From: Sphingobium sp.
Lineage (GTDB): Bacteria; Pseudomonadota; Alphaproteobacteria; Sphingomonadales; Sphingomonadaceae
Length of the DNA stretch: 64,000 nt
Assembly: GCA_035281605.1 (NCBI GenBank)
Contig: DATEDR010000413.1
Coordinates: forward strand, 1,623 to 65,622
Direction of reading: 5' to 3'
Part shown: positions 12,245-22,863 of the stretch, piece after piece
How positions within the stretch are numbered: position 1 is the stretch's first letter
Layout: every line of letters begins with the position of its first letter
Notes under the pieces: model-generated
What the model saw: only the letters and a program-made list of their open reading frames with translations
Told to the model about the DNA's origin: nothing
Databases searched by the model: none
Made by a program: the position numbers and the translations under genes

Positions 12245-13747
12245 TCACGCAGCCTTCAGCGTCCTCCGGAAGACTGAAATCTGGCTGCCAAAGGTCGCGA
12301 GCAGGCCGAGACCGATCATGCCAAGAGCACCATCGACGATCAAGGTCACGCTGTCGCCGGTCCCCATGACAACGAGATGAGCGGCGGCAACGGTTATCAA
12401 CAGCAGCCCCGTGCCGGCGCGCCCGACCCGCGATAGCATGGCGGGCGGAAGCAGCGCGGTCGCGCCAAGCAGCGCGATGCTGACGGCGGCCCAGGTCCAG
12501 ATCAACAGCGCGACCGACGATGTGAACAGCGCGGCGAGCGCGGCGCAGGTCAGCGCGAGCGGTTGCCCCCAGACGGTCGCGGCCCAGACACGCTCCAGGC
12601 CGGGTGCGGGCTGCCCCTTGTCGCGTCTCCGCGCTAGCCAGATATTGACCCCGCCCGCTGCCAGATAGGCAAGTCCGATGCCCAGCAGGCCATAGGCGAT
12701 CCTGATCGCGCCGCCGCCGAACCAGCCGAAATGCAGCAGACCGAGCGAGCCCAGTATCTGCTGACCGACATTGTTGTCCGCCGCCTTGTGTTCGTAATAG
12801 AGCTTGCCGGTACGATCGAAAGCATAGCTGTCCGCACTGGCGAGCCGCGAGGAGCCGTCCTCCACCTCGAACAGCGCCGCCGCGCCCTGCTCCATCGGAT
12901 GTTCGACGATGAGGTAATCGATGCGTTTCGATGTCTGGGCCGATGTTCGTTCGGCAACCTTGGAGAACAGCGACCTCAGGTCGAGTGGCGGCGCTGGACG
13001 CGCATCCTCTGCCGGATGCGGCGCAACGAAGATGGCATAGACTTTGTCGGTATCGCCATTGAACACCGCAAAGCCGATCGCGCCGATGATGACGGTGCTG
13101 AGGCCCAGCAGCGCACCGGTCAGCGACGCGGTGAGGTGGAAAGGCAGCGCCCACACGCCGATGCGATTGTGCAGGTCGGCCTCCTGCAACCGCCGCGAAC
13201 CGCCCAGCCGCAGGTGGAAAGCATCGCGAAAGATGCGCGGATGGGCAAGCAGCCCCGAAATCAGCGAGGAAAGCAGTGCCACCCCGGCCAGCCCGACGAT
13301 GAAGATGCCCCAGCTTTGCGGCAGGTGCAGGTTGATATGCAGCCGCGTCAGGAATTTCGTCCAGCCCTCGCGGATTTCGCCCGTGATGCGGCCCGCGCTA
13401 TCGGCGATCCAGGTCGTCCGGGTTCCGTCCTCGGCATCGACCCGCAGCGTCGGCCAGGGGCGATCCTCGCTCGGCATCACGATGAGAACATGTTCGACCG
13501 GTCCATCGGCCCGGTCCATCGCGGTGCGGTAGGCGGCCTGCACGGCGTTCGCGGAGATCGTCTCCATGCGCTCGGCGCCGGGATTTTCCCAGCGCTGGAA
13601 CTCGTTGGCGAAGACCGCGATCGCGCCGGTCAGACAGACCAGATAGAGGATCGCCGCGAAGGCGAGACCCAGACCGCTATGTCCCTTGAGCACCGCGCGC
13701 ACGAGATCGGGTGAAGGGAAGCCTGCGCGCTTTTTCATCTTCGTCAT
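12245..13747 (-). CDS. PepSY-associated TM helix protein (iron uptake)
   Basis: HSGLGL, LHINLHLP, DLHNRIGVW, LHFGWFGG His motifs; start set at ATG 13747 overlapping the upstream stop. Confidence 0.85.
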   Translation of the reverse strand: MTKMKKRAGFPSPDLVRAVLKGHSGLGLAFAAILYLVCLTGAIAVFANEFQRWENPGAERMETISANAVQAAYRTAMDRADGPVEHVLIVMPSEDRPWPTLRVDAEDGTRTTWIADSAGRITGEIREGWTKFLTRLHINLHLPQSWGIFIVGLAGVALLSSLISGLLAHPRIFRDAFHLRLGGSRRLQEADLHNRIGVWALPFHLTASLTGALLGLSTVIIGAIGFAVFNGDTDKVYAIFVAPHPAEDARPAPPLDLRSLFSKVAERTSAQTSKRIDYLIVEHPMEQGAAALFEVEDGSSRLASADSYAFDRTGKLYYEHKAADNNVGQQILGSLGLLHFGWFGGGAIRIAYGLLGIGLAYLAAGGVNIWLARRRDKGQPAPGLERVWAATVWGQPLALTCAALAALFTSSVALLIWTWAAVSIALLGATALLPPAMLSRVGRAGTGLLLITVAAAHLVVMGTGDSVTLIVDGALGMIGLGLLATFGSQISVFRRTLKAA

Positions 13748-14322
13748 GCGAACCCCCGCAGCATCGCCGCGCCAAAACCGGCGATAGCCGTTCCAACGAG
13801 TACGGCGGTCGCACGCAGGATGCGGCTGTCCGCCAATGTCCACGCCATCGCGCCGCCCCAAGCGACGGGCACGATCAGCCCACCGATCAGCAGGCGTGTC
13901 TGCGGTTCGCCCGGCGCCCAGACGGCATAGCTGACGCCGAGCGCCACCGCCGCGACCATGCCGATGGGGCCGGCGAGCGACCAGCGCAGCGTCGTGCGCC
14001 AGACGCTGGGCGCGCGTTCCGCCGGTTCAGGCGCCAACCCCTCACGCGCCGCGCGGCTCGCCTTGGCCGGCCGCAGCGTATAGCCCGATGCGATCACCCC
14101 GAACGCCGCGACGGACAGCAGGGTCACCGCGATGAACGGTCCGCGCGCCTCACCGAGCAGCCATGCCGGCCAGAGGATGCTGAAGGAAAGCAGGGTAAGT
14201 CCCGCCCAGCGCCATGGCGCCTTGCCAGCCTTGAGGCTCCAGGCGCGGCGCAGCATCCAGGTTCCGGGGACGGCGCCACCGAGGATGACCACCATCGCGC
14301 CGAGGAGCTCCGCGCCGGTCAA
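13744..14322 (-). CDS. Multi-pass membrane protein coupled to TBDR/PepSY
   Basis: Hydrophobic helices; start overlaps the TBDR stop and stop overlaps the PepSY start. Confidence 0.65.
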   Translation of the reverse strand: MTGAELLGAMVVILGGAVPGTWMLRRAWSLKAGKAPWRWAGLTLLSFSILWPAWLLGEARGPFIAVTLLSVAAFGVIASGYTLRPAKASRAAREGLAPEPAERAPSVWRTTLRWSLAGPIGMVAAVALGVSYAVWAPGEPQTRLLIGGLIVPVAWGGAMAWTLADSRILRATAVLVGTAIAGFGAAMLRGFA

Positions 14323-16580
14323 AAGCCCGCTTCCAGGATCACGCCGATGCTGCGCGGCGCACCAATGATGGCGAAGTTGGTGAAGCTGTTGACATATTGG
14401 TCGTATTTCTCGTCGAACAGATTGTTGGCGAACAACGACAGGCTCCAATGTTCGGCCTCATAACCGATCCGGGCATTGACCAGCGTGCGCCCGCCAACGC
14501 GGCTGTTTGATTGCGGGATCGACACGTCGGTATAGACCGCACTGCGGTAGCTGGCGTTGACATTGGCGTTGAAGCCGCCGCCGAACCGCACATTGGCCCC
14601 GCCCGACAGCGTCCATTTGGGCGCATAGGGAAATTCCAGGCCCGACAGATCGGTGATGGAACCAACGTCGGTGACGAATTCGTCGAACTTGGTGCGCGTG
14701 TGGCCCAAGCTGGCATACCAGTCGAAGACTGGCGACACGCGATGCGCGAGTTCCAGTTCGAACCCGTAGAGATGCGACTTGCCGGCGTTGACCGTATGGG
14801 TGTCATAGGTGCCATTGCCGAAATTGGCGGTGGTCTGCTGGTCGGCCCAGTCGATGTAGAAGGCGTTGGCGTTCACCGTCAGGCGGCCGTCGAGCCATGC
14901 CGAGCGCAGCGACAATTCATAGTTCCAGGTGAACTCGGGATCGTATGGGAAGAGCTGCGAGCGGGCTGTGTTGAAACCGCTTCCGCCTGAGCGATAGCCG
15001 CGCTGCACGACGAAGGCGGTGGCAATATCGGGTGTCCACGCCATCTCCACGCCGCCCTTGGGCAGAAAGGCATTGAAGGTGCGTGTACCTGCCGGCGCCG
15101 AGCCGTTGGCGTCATCGACCAGCCCGAGCACCGCAGCATTGACCCCGGCGAAGGCCGGAGCAAGCGCGCCGTATGCGGCAGGGTCGGGCAAGGTACCAAC
15201 GAACGTTGCAATCGCCTCGCCGCCGATCTTGTTGCGCTCCCGGTCGTAACGGAAACCGCCCAGCAGCGAGAGCCGGTCGGTCAGGCGATAGCGCGCGTCG
15301 GCGAACAGGGCCATCGTCTCCACTTTGGTCGGGAAATCCGATGTGTAGTCGACCGGTATGTTGGGAAGCGCGGCCGTGTAGAGCGCCGCAACCTGCGCTG
15401 CCGTCTGGGCACCCAGCGCGGGAGTCAACAGGTTCGCGATCGTCGGGCCGGGCGTCGGCACCAGCGTCACCTGATGCGCGCGCCGATACTGGTCGCGATT
15501 ATAGTAGAACAGTCCGACAAGACCGCTCAGCCGATCGCCCTCATAGTTGACCCGCAGTTCCTGCGTGAAGGTTTCCGCGCCGCCCGCGATGTCGCTGTAT
15601 GCTCTGCTGGCGGCCGAGGAATCTCCGTCATACTTGCGGATGAAGTCGGTGTTCGTCCAGGTGCCGAGCGTACTGAGCGACAGGCCGCTACCCAGATCAT
15701 AGCGCAGGTCCAGCGTCACCTGATCGTTCTCGACATCGCTGCTGTTTGGATAATCAGACGGGTTGGTTCGGTTATCGAAATAATCCGGAACCGATCGGTC
15801 GACATAGGTGAACAGGTAGCCGCCCTTCGTCTCGAAATGATGGTATCCCAGCCGGGCCTCGAAGCCGAGTAAGGCGGACGGCGTCCAGAGCAGCTTGCCG
15901 CGGATCGAGATGGAATCGACAGGGCTTTCCGGCTCGTCACGCGTGGTATTGTGGATATAGCCGTCAGAGTCTCGCTTCTCCGCCGATGCACGGAAGGCCA
16001 GCTCTCCGGGCACCAGCGGTCCACCACCGGCGACGGCGAATTGCGTGGTGTCGAAGGAGGCAATGAGCGCACGGCCCTTCAGGCCCCAGTCGAAGGTCGG
16101 GTCCTGCGTGCGAATGTGCACCGCGCCGGCCAGAGCATTGAGACCCTGGATGGTCGATTGCGGTCCTCGAAAAATCTCGACCTGCGCCACATCCCACATA
16201 TCTGTTGGGCCGTTCGACAGCACGTCCTGCGGCACGGGCGCGCCATCGACGAACACCGTCGCGGTGGCCGCGTCGCCGCCGCCCGAAACGCCGCGCTGGT
16301 CGATTCCGCGGATCGAGAAGCCGGAAGCGCCGTAAGTCTCCGAGACATTGGCGGTACGGTTGTAGACGTCCTGGATCGTCAGGATATTCTCTTCGACCAG
16401 CCGCTTGTTGGTCGTCACGCTCACCGATGCCGTCGTCTCCTGCAGGCTGCGCGATGCCTTTTCGCCGGTGACGATGATCTCGTTCTGCTCATTTGCCGGC
16501 GCTGCTTCATCAGCGAGCGCAGCCGATGGCATGGCCAGGGCAGCGAACAATGATACAGACGACAACCAGTGATGTTTCAT
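14319..16580 (-). CDS. TonB-dependent receptor
   Basis: Signal peptide, EIIVTG TonB box, VEIFRGPQST plug, NNLFD, terminal Phe. Confidence 0.93.
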   Translation of the reverse strand: MKHHWLSSVSLFAALAMPSAALADEAAPANEQNEIIVTGEKASRSLQETTASVSVTTNKRLVEENILTIQDVYNRTANVSETYGASGFSIRGIDQRGVSGGGDAATATVFVDGAPVPQDVLSNGPTDMWDVAQVEIFRGPQSTIQGLNALAGAVHIRTQDPTFDWGLKGRALIASFDTTQFAVAGGGPLVPGELAFRASAEKRDSDGYIHNTTRDEPESPVDSISIRGKLLWTPSALLGFEARLGYHHFETKGGYLFTYVDRSVPDYFDNRTNPSDYPNSSDVENDQVTLDLRYDLGSGLSLSTLGTWTNTDFIRKYDGDSSAASRAYSDIAGGAETFTQELRVNYEGDRLSGLVGLFYYNRDQYRRAHQVTLVPTPGPTIANLLTPALGAQTAAQVAALYTAALPNIPVDYTSDFPTKVETMALFADARYRLTDRLSLLGGFRYDRERNKIGGEAIATFVGTLPDPAAYGALAPAFAGVNAAVLGLVDDANGSAPAGTRTFNAFLPKGGVEMAWTPDIATAFVVQRGYRSGGSGFNTARSQLFPYDPEFTWNYELSLRSAWLDGRLTVNANAFYIDWADQQTTANFGNGTYDTHTVNAGKSHLYGFELELAHRVSPVFDWYASLGHTRTKFDEFVTDVGSITDLSGLEFPYAPKWTLSGGANVRFGGGFNANVNASYRSAVYTDVSIPQSNSRVGGRTLVNARIGYEAEHWSLSLFANNLFDEKYDQYVNSFTNFAIIGAPRSIGVILEAGF

Positions 16581-16621
16581 ATTTCCCCCATGCAATGGGG
16601 GGTGACCTAATTATTACGCTA

Positions 16622-16798
16622 TTGAGAGTCAATCGCATTTAATGACATTGGGCCCACGCGAGTTTGCCCGGCCACAACCGGCCGCCCTTACCCTGAAGTC
16701 ACATAACCCGTTCGGAAAAAAGGAAATCATCTCTCGCCGCACCGTGGATATTCATTTCAGTTTCCCATTGTAGGGTTGCTAATGCGAATAATTATTAT
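16622..16798. promoter_or_regulatory. Two Fur-box-like sites in the divergent TBDR promoter region
   Basis: TTGAGAgtcaaTCGCAT (16622-16638) and ATGCGAataatTATTAT (16782-16798) resemble the (A/T)TGCGA-N5-TCGCA(A/T) dyad also seen at 23211 and 24957. Confidence 0.6.
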
Positions 16799-16800
16799 TA

Positions 16801-18945
16801 ATGGCACCCCAAACAGGGGGTTGCATGACCAGAATCATCCGCATTTGCCACATCTCCACCGCATTGGGTTTGTTGACGGCGCCCTACGCCGTGAGGGCCG
16901 CAGACGCCGGCGAAGCCGGATCGGAGATCATCGTCACCGGCCGCGCTGAGGCGCTCTACCGGGTGGAGTCGACTTCGGTGGCGCGCGGCGCGAGCGATCC
17001 GCTCGACATTCCGCAATCGGTAACGGTCATCAACGAAGCGCTGATCGACGATCAAGGTGCGCGTGATGCGACCGATCTCTATCGCAACATCGCGGGTGTC
17101 ACGACCTTCAGCTATTCCGGCGTGACCTTTCGCGGTTTCCGTCAGGACCGGGTCTTCTACGATAATCTGCGCGGCGATCCCTTCATCGCCTTCTCGGTGC
17201 CCAAGCTGTTCAACATTCAGCGGGTGGAGGTTTTGAAAGGGCCGTCAGGGATGCTCTACGGCCCCGGAGAGCCGGGGGGCCTTATCAACTATGTCACCAA
17301 GACGCCTACCGAAGAACTGGCGGCGCAGGCCAATCTGACACTGGGCAACTATGAACGCTATGGCGCGTCGGGCGAAATATCCGGGCCGATCGCAGGCGAT
17401 GGCCTCCTGCTCGGAAGGGCGGGCGCCTATTACGAACGGATGGACCCGTTCCGGAACAACACGCGGGAGAAATCCCTGATCCTCGACGGTGGCCTGACCG
17501 CAAAGCTGGGCGAGGATGTCCGGATCATCGGCCAGGTGACGCATTATGACCAGAAAAACCGCGCGGCGCGACTGCGCGGTGTGCCCACCGACGATAACGG
17601 CAATTTCCTCGCCAGCCGAAGCTGGAACACCAACGAGAAGACCGACTTCCTCAATCTCAGCGCGACCGTCTATCAGGCGCGCCTTCAGGCCGAACCGGCC
17701 GATGGCATCGCGGTCGAGCTGGCGACCCGTTATTTCGACGCGCGCGAGAGGCAGCAATATCATGAGGCTCGCGGTCTGGTCGATACTAACGCCGATGGGG
17801 TTGTGGACGCCTCGCGGCGTGAACTGCGCGATCAGGAGCGCTTGACCGAGGCGCTTACCTTCTCCGGTAATGCGACCATCGACCGACGGATCGCGGGGCT
17901 CGACAATCGTTTCCTGATCGGGGCCGACTGGTACCGCGAGAATGCGGCGTTCTGGGGCCGCACGGTGACCCACCCGAACATCCCGCTGCTCAGCCTCTCC
18001 AATCCGGGCTATGGTCTGTCCGGCGCGTCCTTCTACGATCTGGAGGCGATCGCCAAGCGGACGACTGACACCCGTAGCACGCGCTACGGCTTCTATATCC
18101 AGGACCAGCTCAGCCTGTCGGACCGGTGGATAGTCGTCGGCGGCGCGCGCTACGACCGCTACAAGGATGCCGACCTGCTCGGCGGCACGGACTATGAGGA
18201 TGGTGACTGGACTTTTCGGGGCGGCCTGATCTTCAAGCCGCGTCCCGACCTATCGCTTTACGCCAGCTGGTCGGAAGGCTTCGAGCCCCAGTCCGTGGAC
18301 TCGCAGAACCCACTGGCCGGCGGCCCCTTTGCACCGATCACCGGCGAGCAGGTCGAAGCCGGTGTCAAGCTGGCGCTTCTGAACGGCAGGCTTCAGGCAA
18401 ATGCGGCAGTCTACCAGATCAAGCGCCGCAATATGCTGCAAGCCGATCCGAACGGGGACAGTTCCGATGGCGTCGACGATCTTGCACCCATCGGTGAAGT
18501 CACCAGCAAGGGTTTCGAGATCGAACTATCCGCCGACGTGACGCCCGATTGGGTGCTGACCGCCAACTACGCCTATAACGATGCGCGCATTACCGCGACC
18601 GTGCCGGGCCAGTCGCTGACCAATGCGGTGGGCGATCGGTTCGCCAATGCGCCGAATCATCAGGCGGGCCTTTGGACCCGTTATCAGTTCCGTTCGACGG
18701 GAACTGCGGTGGCGTTGGGCGGCGAATATGTCGGCAGGCGCGTCAGCATTTCAGGGCAGACGGTCAAGCCTTACGCCATCTTCGACGCCTCGGTGATCCA
18801 GCAGATCACGCCGCAATTGAGCCTTCTGCTGCGCGTCGATAACATATTCGACAAGACCTATGCCGCATCCGGTTTCATCGACCGCACGGGCCATTTCCCC
18901 GGAGAACCGCGCACCGTCTTTGCCGAGCTGCGCTGGAAGCTCTAA
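16801..18945 (+). CDS. TonB-dependent siderophore receptor
   Basis: EIIVTG, DIPQSVTVI, VEVLKGPSGMLYG, DNIFDKTY, GEPRT. Confidence 0.93.
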   Translation: MAPQTGGCMTRIIRICHISTALGLLTAPYAVRAADAGEAGSEIIVTGRAEALYRVESTSVARGASDPLDIPQSVTVINEALIDDQGARDATDLYRNIAGVTTFSYSGVTFRGFRQDRVFYDNLRGDPFIAFSVPKLFNIQRVEVLKGPSGMLYGPGEPGGLINYVTKTPTEELAAQANLTLGNYERYGASGEISGPIAGDGLLLGRAGAYYERMDPFRNNTREKSLILDGGLTAKLGEDVRIIGQVTHYDQKNRAARLRGVPTDDNGNFLASRSWNTNEKTDFLNLSATVYQARLQAEPADGIAVELATRYFDARERQQYHEARGLVDTNADGVVDASRRELRDQERLTEALTFSGNATIDRRIAGLDNRFLIGADWYRENAAFWGRTVTHPNIPLLSLSNPGYGLSGASFYDLEAIAKRTTDTRSTRYGFYIQDQLSLSDRWIVVGGARYDRYKDADLLGGTDYEDGDWTFRGGLIFKPRPDLSLYASWSEGFEPQSVDSQNPLAGGPFAPITGEQVEAGVKLALLNGRLQANAAVYQIKRRNMLQADPNGDSSDGVDDLAPIGEVTSKGFEIELSADVTPDWVLTANYAYNDARITATVPGQSLTNAVGDRFANAPNHQAGLWTRYQFRSTGTAVALGGEYVGRRVSISGQTVKPYAIFDASVIQQITPQLSLLLRVDNIFDKTYAASGFIDRTGHFPGEPRTVFAELRWKL

Positions 18946-20174
18946 TGGCGACGGTCGCCGTCACCGGAGCGCAGGCGAAATGCCAGGGCAAGCGCTCGCT
19001 CTGGTGGCGCGTCCACCAATGGGCGGGGCTGCAACTCAGCCTGTTCCTTGCCTTCATCCTGGCGACCGGGACGATCGCGACGCTTTCGCATGAGATTGAT
19101 TGGCTGCTGACGCCTGCCATGCAGGTCGCGCCACAACAGTCGCCGCCAGCATCCTGGGGAAGGCTGGCCGCTTCGGCGCGCGAGGCGGCGGGGGATGCGC
19201 GGATCGAATGGATTTATGCGCCTTCGGAACCATGGTTCGCGGTCGAAGCCGTTGCTGCGCGGTCGAATGGCGAACGCTTCCGTATCCAGATCGATCCCTG
19301 GACGGCGCAGGTGCGTGGCCTGACACCCTGGTTCAATGCCCAGCGTCTGTTTCGCGAACTGCACCGCAGCTTGATGCTGCCGACCGCGATCGGCGTTCCG
19401 ATCGTCACCATGCTCGCCTTCCCGCTGCTCGCCTCGATCGTGACCGCCTTCTGGGTTTACAAGAAATGGTGGCGCGGCTTTTTCCGTGTGCCGCGACGCA
19501 GGAAGGACCGGCGCAATGACGGGCGTCGCTTCACAGGTGACCTGCACCGTTTTGTGGGCTTGTGGAGCCTGTGGTTCGTGGCGCTGATCGGCGTAACCGG
19601 CGTCTGGTACTTCGTCGAGAAGATGGGTGGGGCCGCGCCGGTGCCGCGCCCGTCCGAAGTGCTTGCGCCTGCGCAGGCCAGCGGGGCACCGCTCGACACG
19701 CTGGTGACCAAAGCCCGGCAGGAGTTTCCTGATTTACGCATCAACTCGATCGGTTTTCCGAAAGGCCAGCCGGGCGGCGTTGTGGTCATGGGCCAGGCCA
19801 AGGCGCTGCTCGTGCGCGAGCGCGCAAACGCCGTGATGCTCGATCCCGACCGTGAGGCCGTGGTCGAAGTCGTGCGTGGCGAGGAACTATCGCTTCACCA
19901 GCGCATCTCCGAAGCGGCCGATCCGCTGCACTTCGGCACGTGGGGCGGGCTAACCACGCGAATAGCCTGGTTTCTCTGCGGCGCGGCGCTGACCGGTCTC
20001 GCTGTCACCGGCGTACTCATCTACGCGCTGCGATTGCGGCAGGAAGCTACTGCGCGGAGCAGCGGCGGCGTCCTCGCCGCCATGTGGCGCGGCATGGGCG
20101 TCATGGCCTGGCCATCGCTTGCACTCCTCATTCTCGCTTTCGCGCTGATCCCCACAAAACTCATCGGAGAATGA
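18945..20174 (+). CDS. PepSY-associated TM helix protein
   Basis: HQWAGL, ELHRSL, DLHRFVGLW, PLHFGTWGG. Confidence 0.85.
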   Translation: MATVAVTGAQAKCQGKRSLWWRVHQWAGLQLSLFLAFILATGTIATLSHEIDWLLTPAMQVAPQQSPPASWGRLAASAREAAGDARIEWIYAPSEPWFAVEAVAARSNGERFRIQIDPWTAQVRGLTPWFNAQRLFRELHRSLMLPTAIGVPIVTMLAFPLLASIVTAFWVYKKWWRGFFRVPRRRKDRRNDGRRFTGDLHRFVGLWSLWFVALIGVTGVWYFVEKMGGAAPVPRPSEVLAPAQASGAPLDTLVTKARQEFPDLRINSIGFPKGQPGGVVVMGQAKALLVRERANAVMLDPDREAVVEVVRGEELSLHQRISEAADPLHFGTWGGLTTRIAWFLCGAALTGLAVTGVLIYALRLRQEATARSSGGVLAAMWRGMGVMAWPSLALLILAFALIPTKLIGE

Positions 20175-20219
20175 GGGGCATGTGGCCCCGTCCTTTCCAC
20201 CTTTTCAAATGGAGATTTC

Positions 20220-22337
20220 ATGAAACTGCGCTTTCTCGTCACCGCCGCCGCACTGGCCTTTCCTGTCTCAGTCCAGGCAGCGGAAAATGAGGACGATCAG
20301 TCCGGCCCGGCTGACATCATTGTCACCGGCACGCGCCTGTCCGATTCCGTGCAGACCTTTCCGGGCTCGGTCAGCGTGGTGAGTGAAGACGAGATTCAAA
20401 GCCAACTCGCCACCACCCGTGATATCGCGCAGATCCTGTCCTTCTCTGCGCCGGGCGTGGCTCCCGGTAACGATACCGCGGCCAATGTGGGGCAAAGCCT
20501 TCGCGGCCGCCCGATGCGCATCTTCATCGACGGCGTTCCCGTTTCCAATCCGCTGCGCGACGGCGGGCGCGATGTGCGCCTGATCGCGCCCACCGCATTG
20601 GGCGGTATCGAAGTCATTCGCGGATCATCAGCGCTTTACGGCCAGGGCGGTGCAGGCGGCATCGTCAACTATATCACCAAAAACGGCGCGGCCTCAGATC
20701 AGTGGAAGTTCCGCACCGAAATCGGCACCAGCTTCTCGACCGAGCATTTCGGCGACAGCATGCGGCCCTATATTTTTCAGAGCGCCAGTGGCGGGCTCGG
20801 CGGCGTCGATATCAACGTCAACGGCAGCTATGAACGGGTGAACGGTCAGTTCGATGCCGACGGCAAGCGCCTGCCGCCCGATCCCAATCTGTTTGGCGGC
20901 ATCGCCGATTCCGACATCTATAATTTCTACGGCAAGGTCGGCTATGATTTCGGCGGCACCCAGCGCATCGAGGCGATGGCCAATTACTATCAGCAGACGC
21001 AGGACACCGATTATGTCGTCGTGCCCGGCAATATTGCGCAGGGTATCCCGGCAGGGGCGGTCAAACAGGCACAGGACCCGCGCGCGCTCGACCAGCGCAA
21101 CCGCAACTTCGTGTCCTATTTCGCTTACACCAACAGCGACATATTGGGCAGTTCGCTGCGCAGTCAGATCTATTACCTCAAGAACTATTCGGTCTTCGGC
21201 TTCGAAGCCGCGCGGCTGGGCGGCACCCAGACCACCATTGAATCGCAGAAATACGGGCTGCAGACCGATTTTAAGACGAGGCTCGATGGCCTGGGCCTGG
21301 GCCTGGATCGGGGTCTGATCCTCTGGGGCTTCGATATCAACCGCGACATCACCGAGCAGCCGCTATTGCCATTGACCGCCATTGACGGGCGCGCCTTCGC
21401 GCCGCCGATGCGGCAGACCAACTTTGCCCTGTTCGTCCAGGCCGATCTGCCGCTCACCGACTGGTTTACCCTGCGCGCGGGCATCCGGCACGACGAGTTT
21501 CGCCTGAAGATCGATCCGTTCGTCGCGGGTCTCACCGGCGTCGCGGTCGAGGGTGGCAAGCTTTCCTATGGCGCGACCCCCGTCAATATCGGCGCCACCG
21601 TCGAACTGACCGAGGGTGTCCAGATTTTTGGCGGATTCTCGCAGGGCTTCTCCGTGCCTGACATCGGCGGACCGTTCCGCAATGCGCAGTTCAGCTCGAT
21701 CGATATCCTCAAGCCCAAGGCGGCGATGGTCAATAATTACGAGATCGGCACGCGGCTGAACATCGGTGGGGTCAAGGCAAGCGCTGCCTATTTCATCAGC
21801 ACCTCGAAGCTTGGCACCGATTTCGTCATCAATCCGCTCGCGCTCACCGAAGCGCTGATCATCCGCGAGAAGGAACGCATTCATGGCTTTGAAGCGACGC
21901 TTGATGGCAAGCTGGGCGAGGCAACCCGCTGGGGTCTGGTATTCGCCTGGTCCGAAGGCAAGCGGGACGCGGACGGTGACGGCAAGGTCGACACGCCGCT
22001 CAGCGGCCGGCGGATCAGCCCGGAAACGCTGAACGGTTTCATCGAGCATGACATCACCGACAGGTGGAACGCCCGGCTCCAGGTCGCTTATACCGGCGGC
22101 CGCGACAAGTTCCCCGACGGTCCGGTCGGAACCTTCTATACCGGCAAGGTCGAGCCCACCACGCGTATAGACGCGTCAACCAGCATCAAGCTCGGCCCGA
22201 CGGACATCACGCTGGGCATCAGCAACCTGTTGAACAACGATTACTATACGGTGACATCGCAGATGCTTAACCGGAACGAGCGCTATTCAAAGGCGCTTGG
22301 CCGCACGATCCTTGTGCAGATCGGGATCGATTATTGA
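20220..22337 (+). CDS. TonB-dependent receptor, IutA/hydroxamate-like
   Basis: DIIVTG, GQSLRGR..IDGVP, IEVIRGSSALYG, NLLNNDY; terminal Tyr. Confidence 0.9.
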   Translation: MKLRFLVTAAALAFPVSVQAAENEDDQSGPADIIVTGTRLSDSVQTFPGSVSVVSEDEIQSQLATTRDIAQILSFSAPGVAPGNDTAANVGQSLRGRPMRIFIDGVPVSNPLRDGGRDVRLIAPTALGGIEVIRGSSALYGQGGAGGIVNYITKNGAASDQWKFRTEIGTSFSTEHFGDSMRPYIFQSASGGLGGVDINVNGSYERVNGQFDADGKRLPPDPNLFGGIADSDIYNFYGKVGYDFGGTQRIEAMANYYQQTQDTDYVVVPGNIAQGIPAGAVKQAQDPRALDQRNRNFVSYFAYTNSDILGSSLRSQIYYLKNYSVFGFEAARLGGTQTTIESQKYGLQTDFKTRLDGLGLGLDRGLILWGFDINRDITEQPLLPLTAIDGRAFAPPMRQTNFALFVQADLPLTDWFTLRAGIRHDEFRLKIDPFVAGLTGVAVEGGKLSYGATPVNIGATVELTEGVQIFGGFSQGFSVPDIGGPFRNAQFSSIDILKPKAAMVNNYEIGTRLNIGGVKASAAYFISTSKLGTDFVINPLALTEALIIREKERIHGFEATLDGKLGEATRWGLVFAWSEGKRDADGDGKVDTPLSGRRISPETLNGFIEHDITDRWNARLQVAYTGGRDKFPDGPVGTFYTGKVEPTTRIDASTSIKLGPTDITLGISNLLNNDYYTVTSQMLNRNERYSKALGRTILVQIGIDY

Positions 22338-22342
22338 AGCCT

Positions 22343-22378
22343 GCGAACAGGATGCGCCGAATGGCGCATCCTGTTCGC
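22343..22378. terminator. Perfect 16-bp hairpin between convergent genes
   Basis: GCGAACAGGATGCGCC-gaat-GGCGCATCCTGTTCGC; no U-tract. Confidence 0.6.
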
Positions 22379-22475
22379 GGAATGCTCGGTACTATTCGAA
22401 GTTCAATCGGCTTGCCCCGTCAGGCAAGGATTTTCCAGTCAGTAGCGCTTCCCGCCCGAACTCGTGCAATGTCGA

Positions 22476-22769
22476 TCATTGCTTGGTGCTCTTGGTTTCA
22501 ATGCGACCGAACAATTCCATATAGCGGGTCGCAGCGATCCATTTCGCACGGCTCAAATGGGTGGACCAACACAGGCGGCTCCGCTCCGGTTCTCCGGCGG
22601 GATCGCGCTTCAAGACGATTCGAGCGACTTCCCGCCAGTCTGCGCCTTCGGCTTCGGCGTCGAGGAGGCGCAAATACAAGCACAGCCTTGCCTCATCATA
22701 CTGTGTGAGCTGATCTGCCGTAGGAGCGAGATCGGCGACCCCAGGTTCGATTTCGACCATTTCTGGCAT
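22476..22769 (-). CDS. qseM: QseM-like antiactivator (short DUF2285-type protein)
   Basis: LTQYDEARLCLYLRLLDAEAEGADWREVARIVL..DP..EPER....THLSRAKW..T.Y.ELF pattern matches Mesorhizobium QseM as I recall it; divergent from an XRE gene; start uncertain (22784/22769/22760). Confidence 0.75.
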   Translation of the reverse strand: MPEMVEIEPGVADLAPTADQLTQYDEARLCLYLRLLDAEAEGADWREVARIVLKRDPAGEPERSRLCWSTHLSRAKWIAATRYMELFGRIETKSTKQ

Positions 22770-22795
22770 TCCGATATTGGGCAAAGACCCTCCTA

Positions 22796-22826
22796 ATCCC
22801 GTTATGGGATAATCCGAATTTGGGAT
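22796..22826. promoter_or_regulatory. Tandem dyad operators between qseM-like and qseC-like genes
   Basis: ATCCC-gttat-GGGAT (22796-22810) and ATCCG-aattt-GGGAT (22812-22826). Confidence 0.7.
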
Positions 22827-22863
22827 CAAAGGAAATTCCGGCCCCATCAACTCGCCGGACCCG

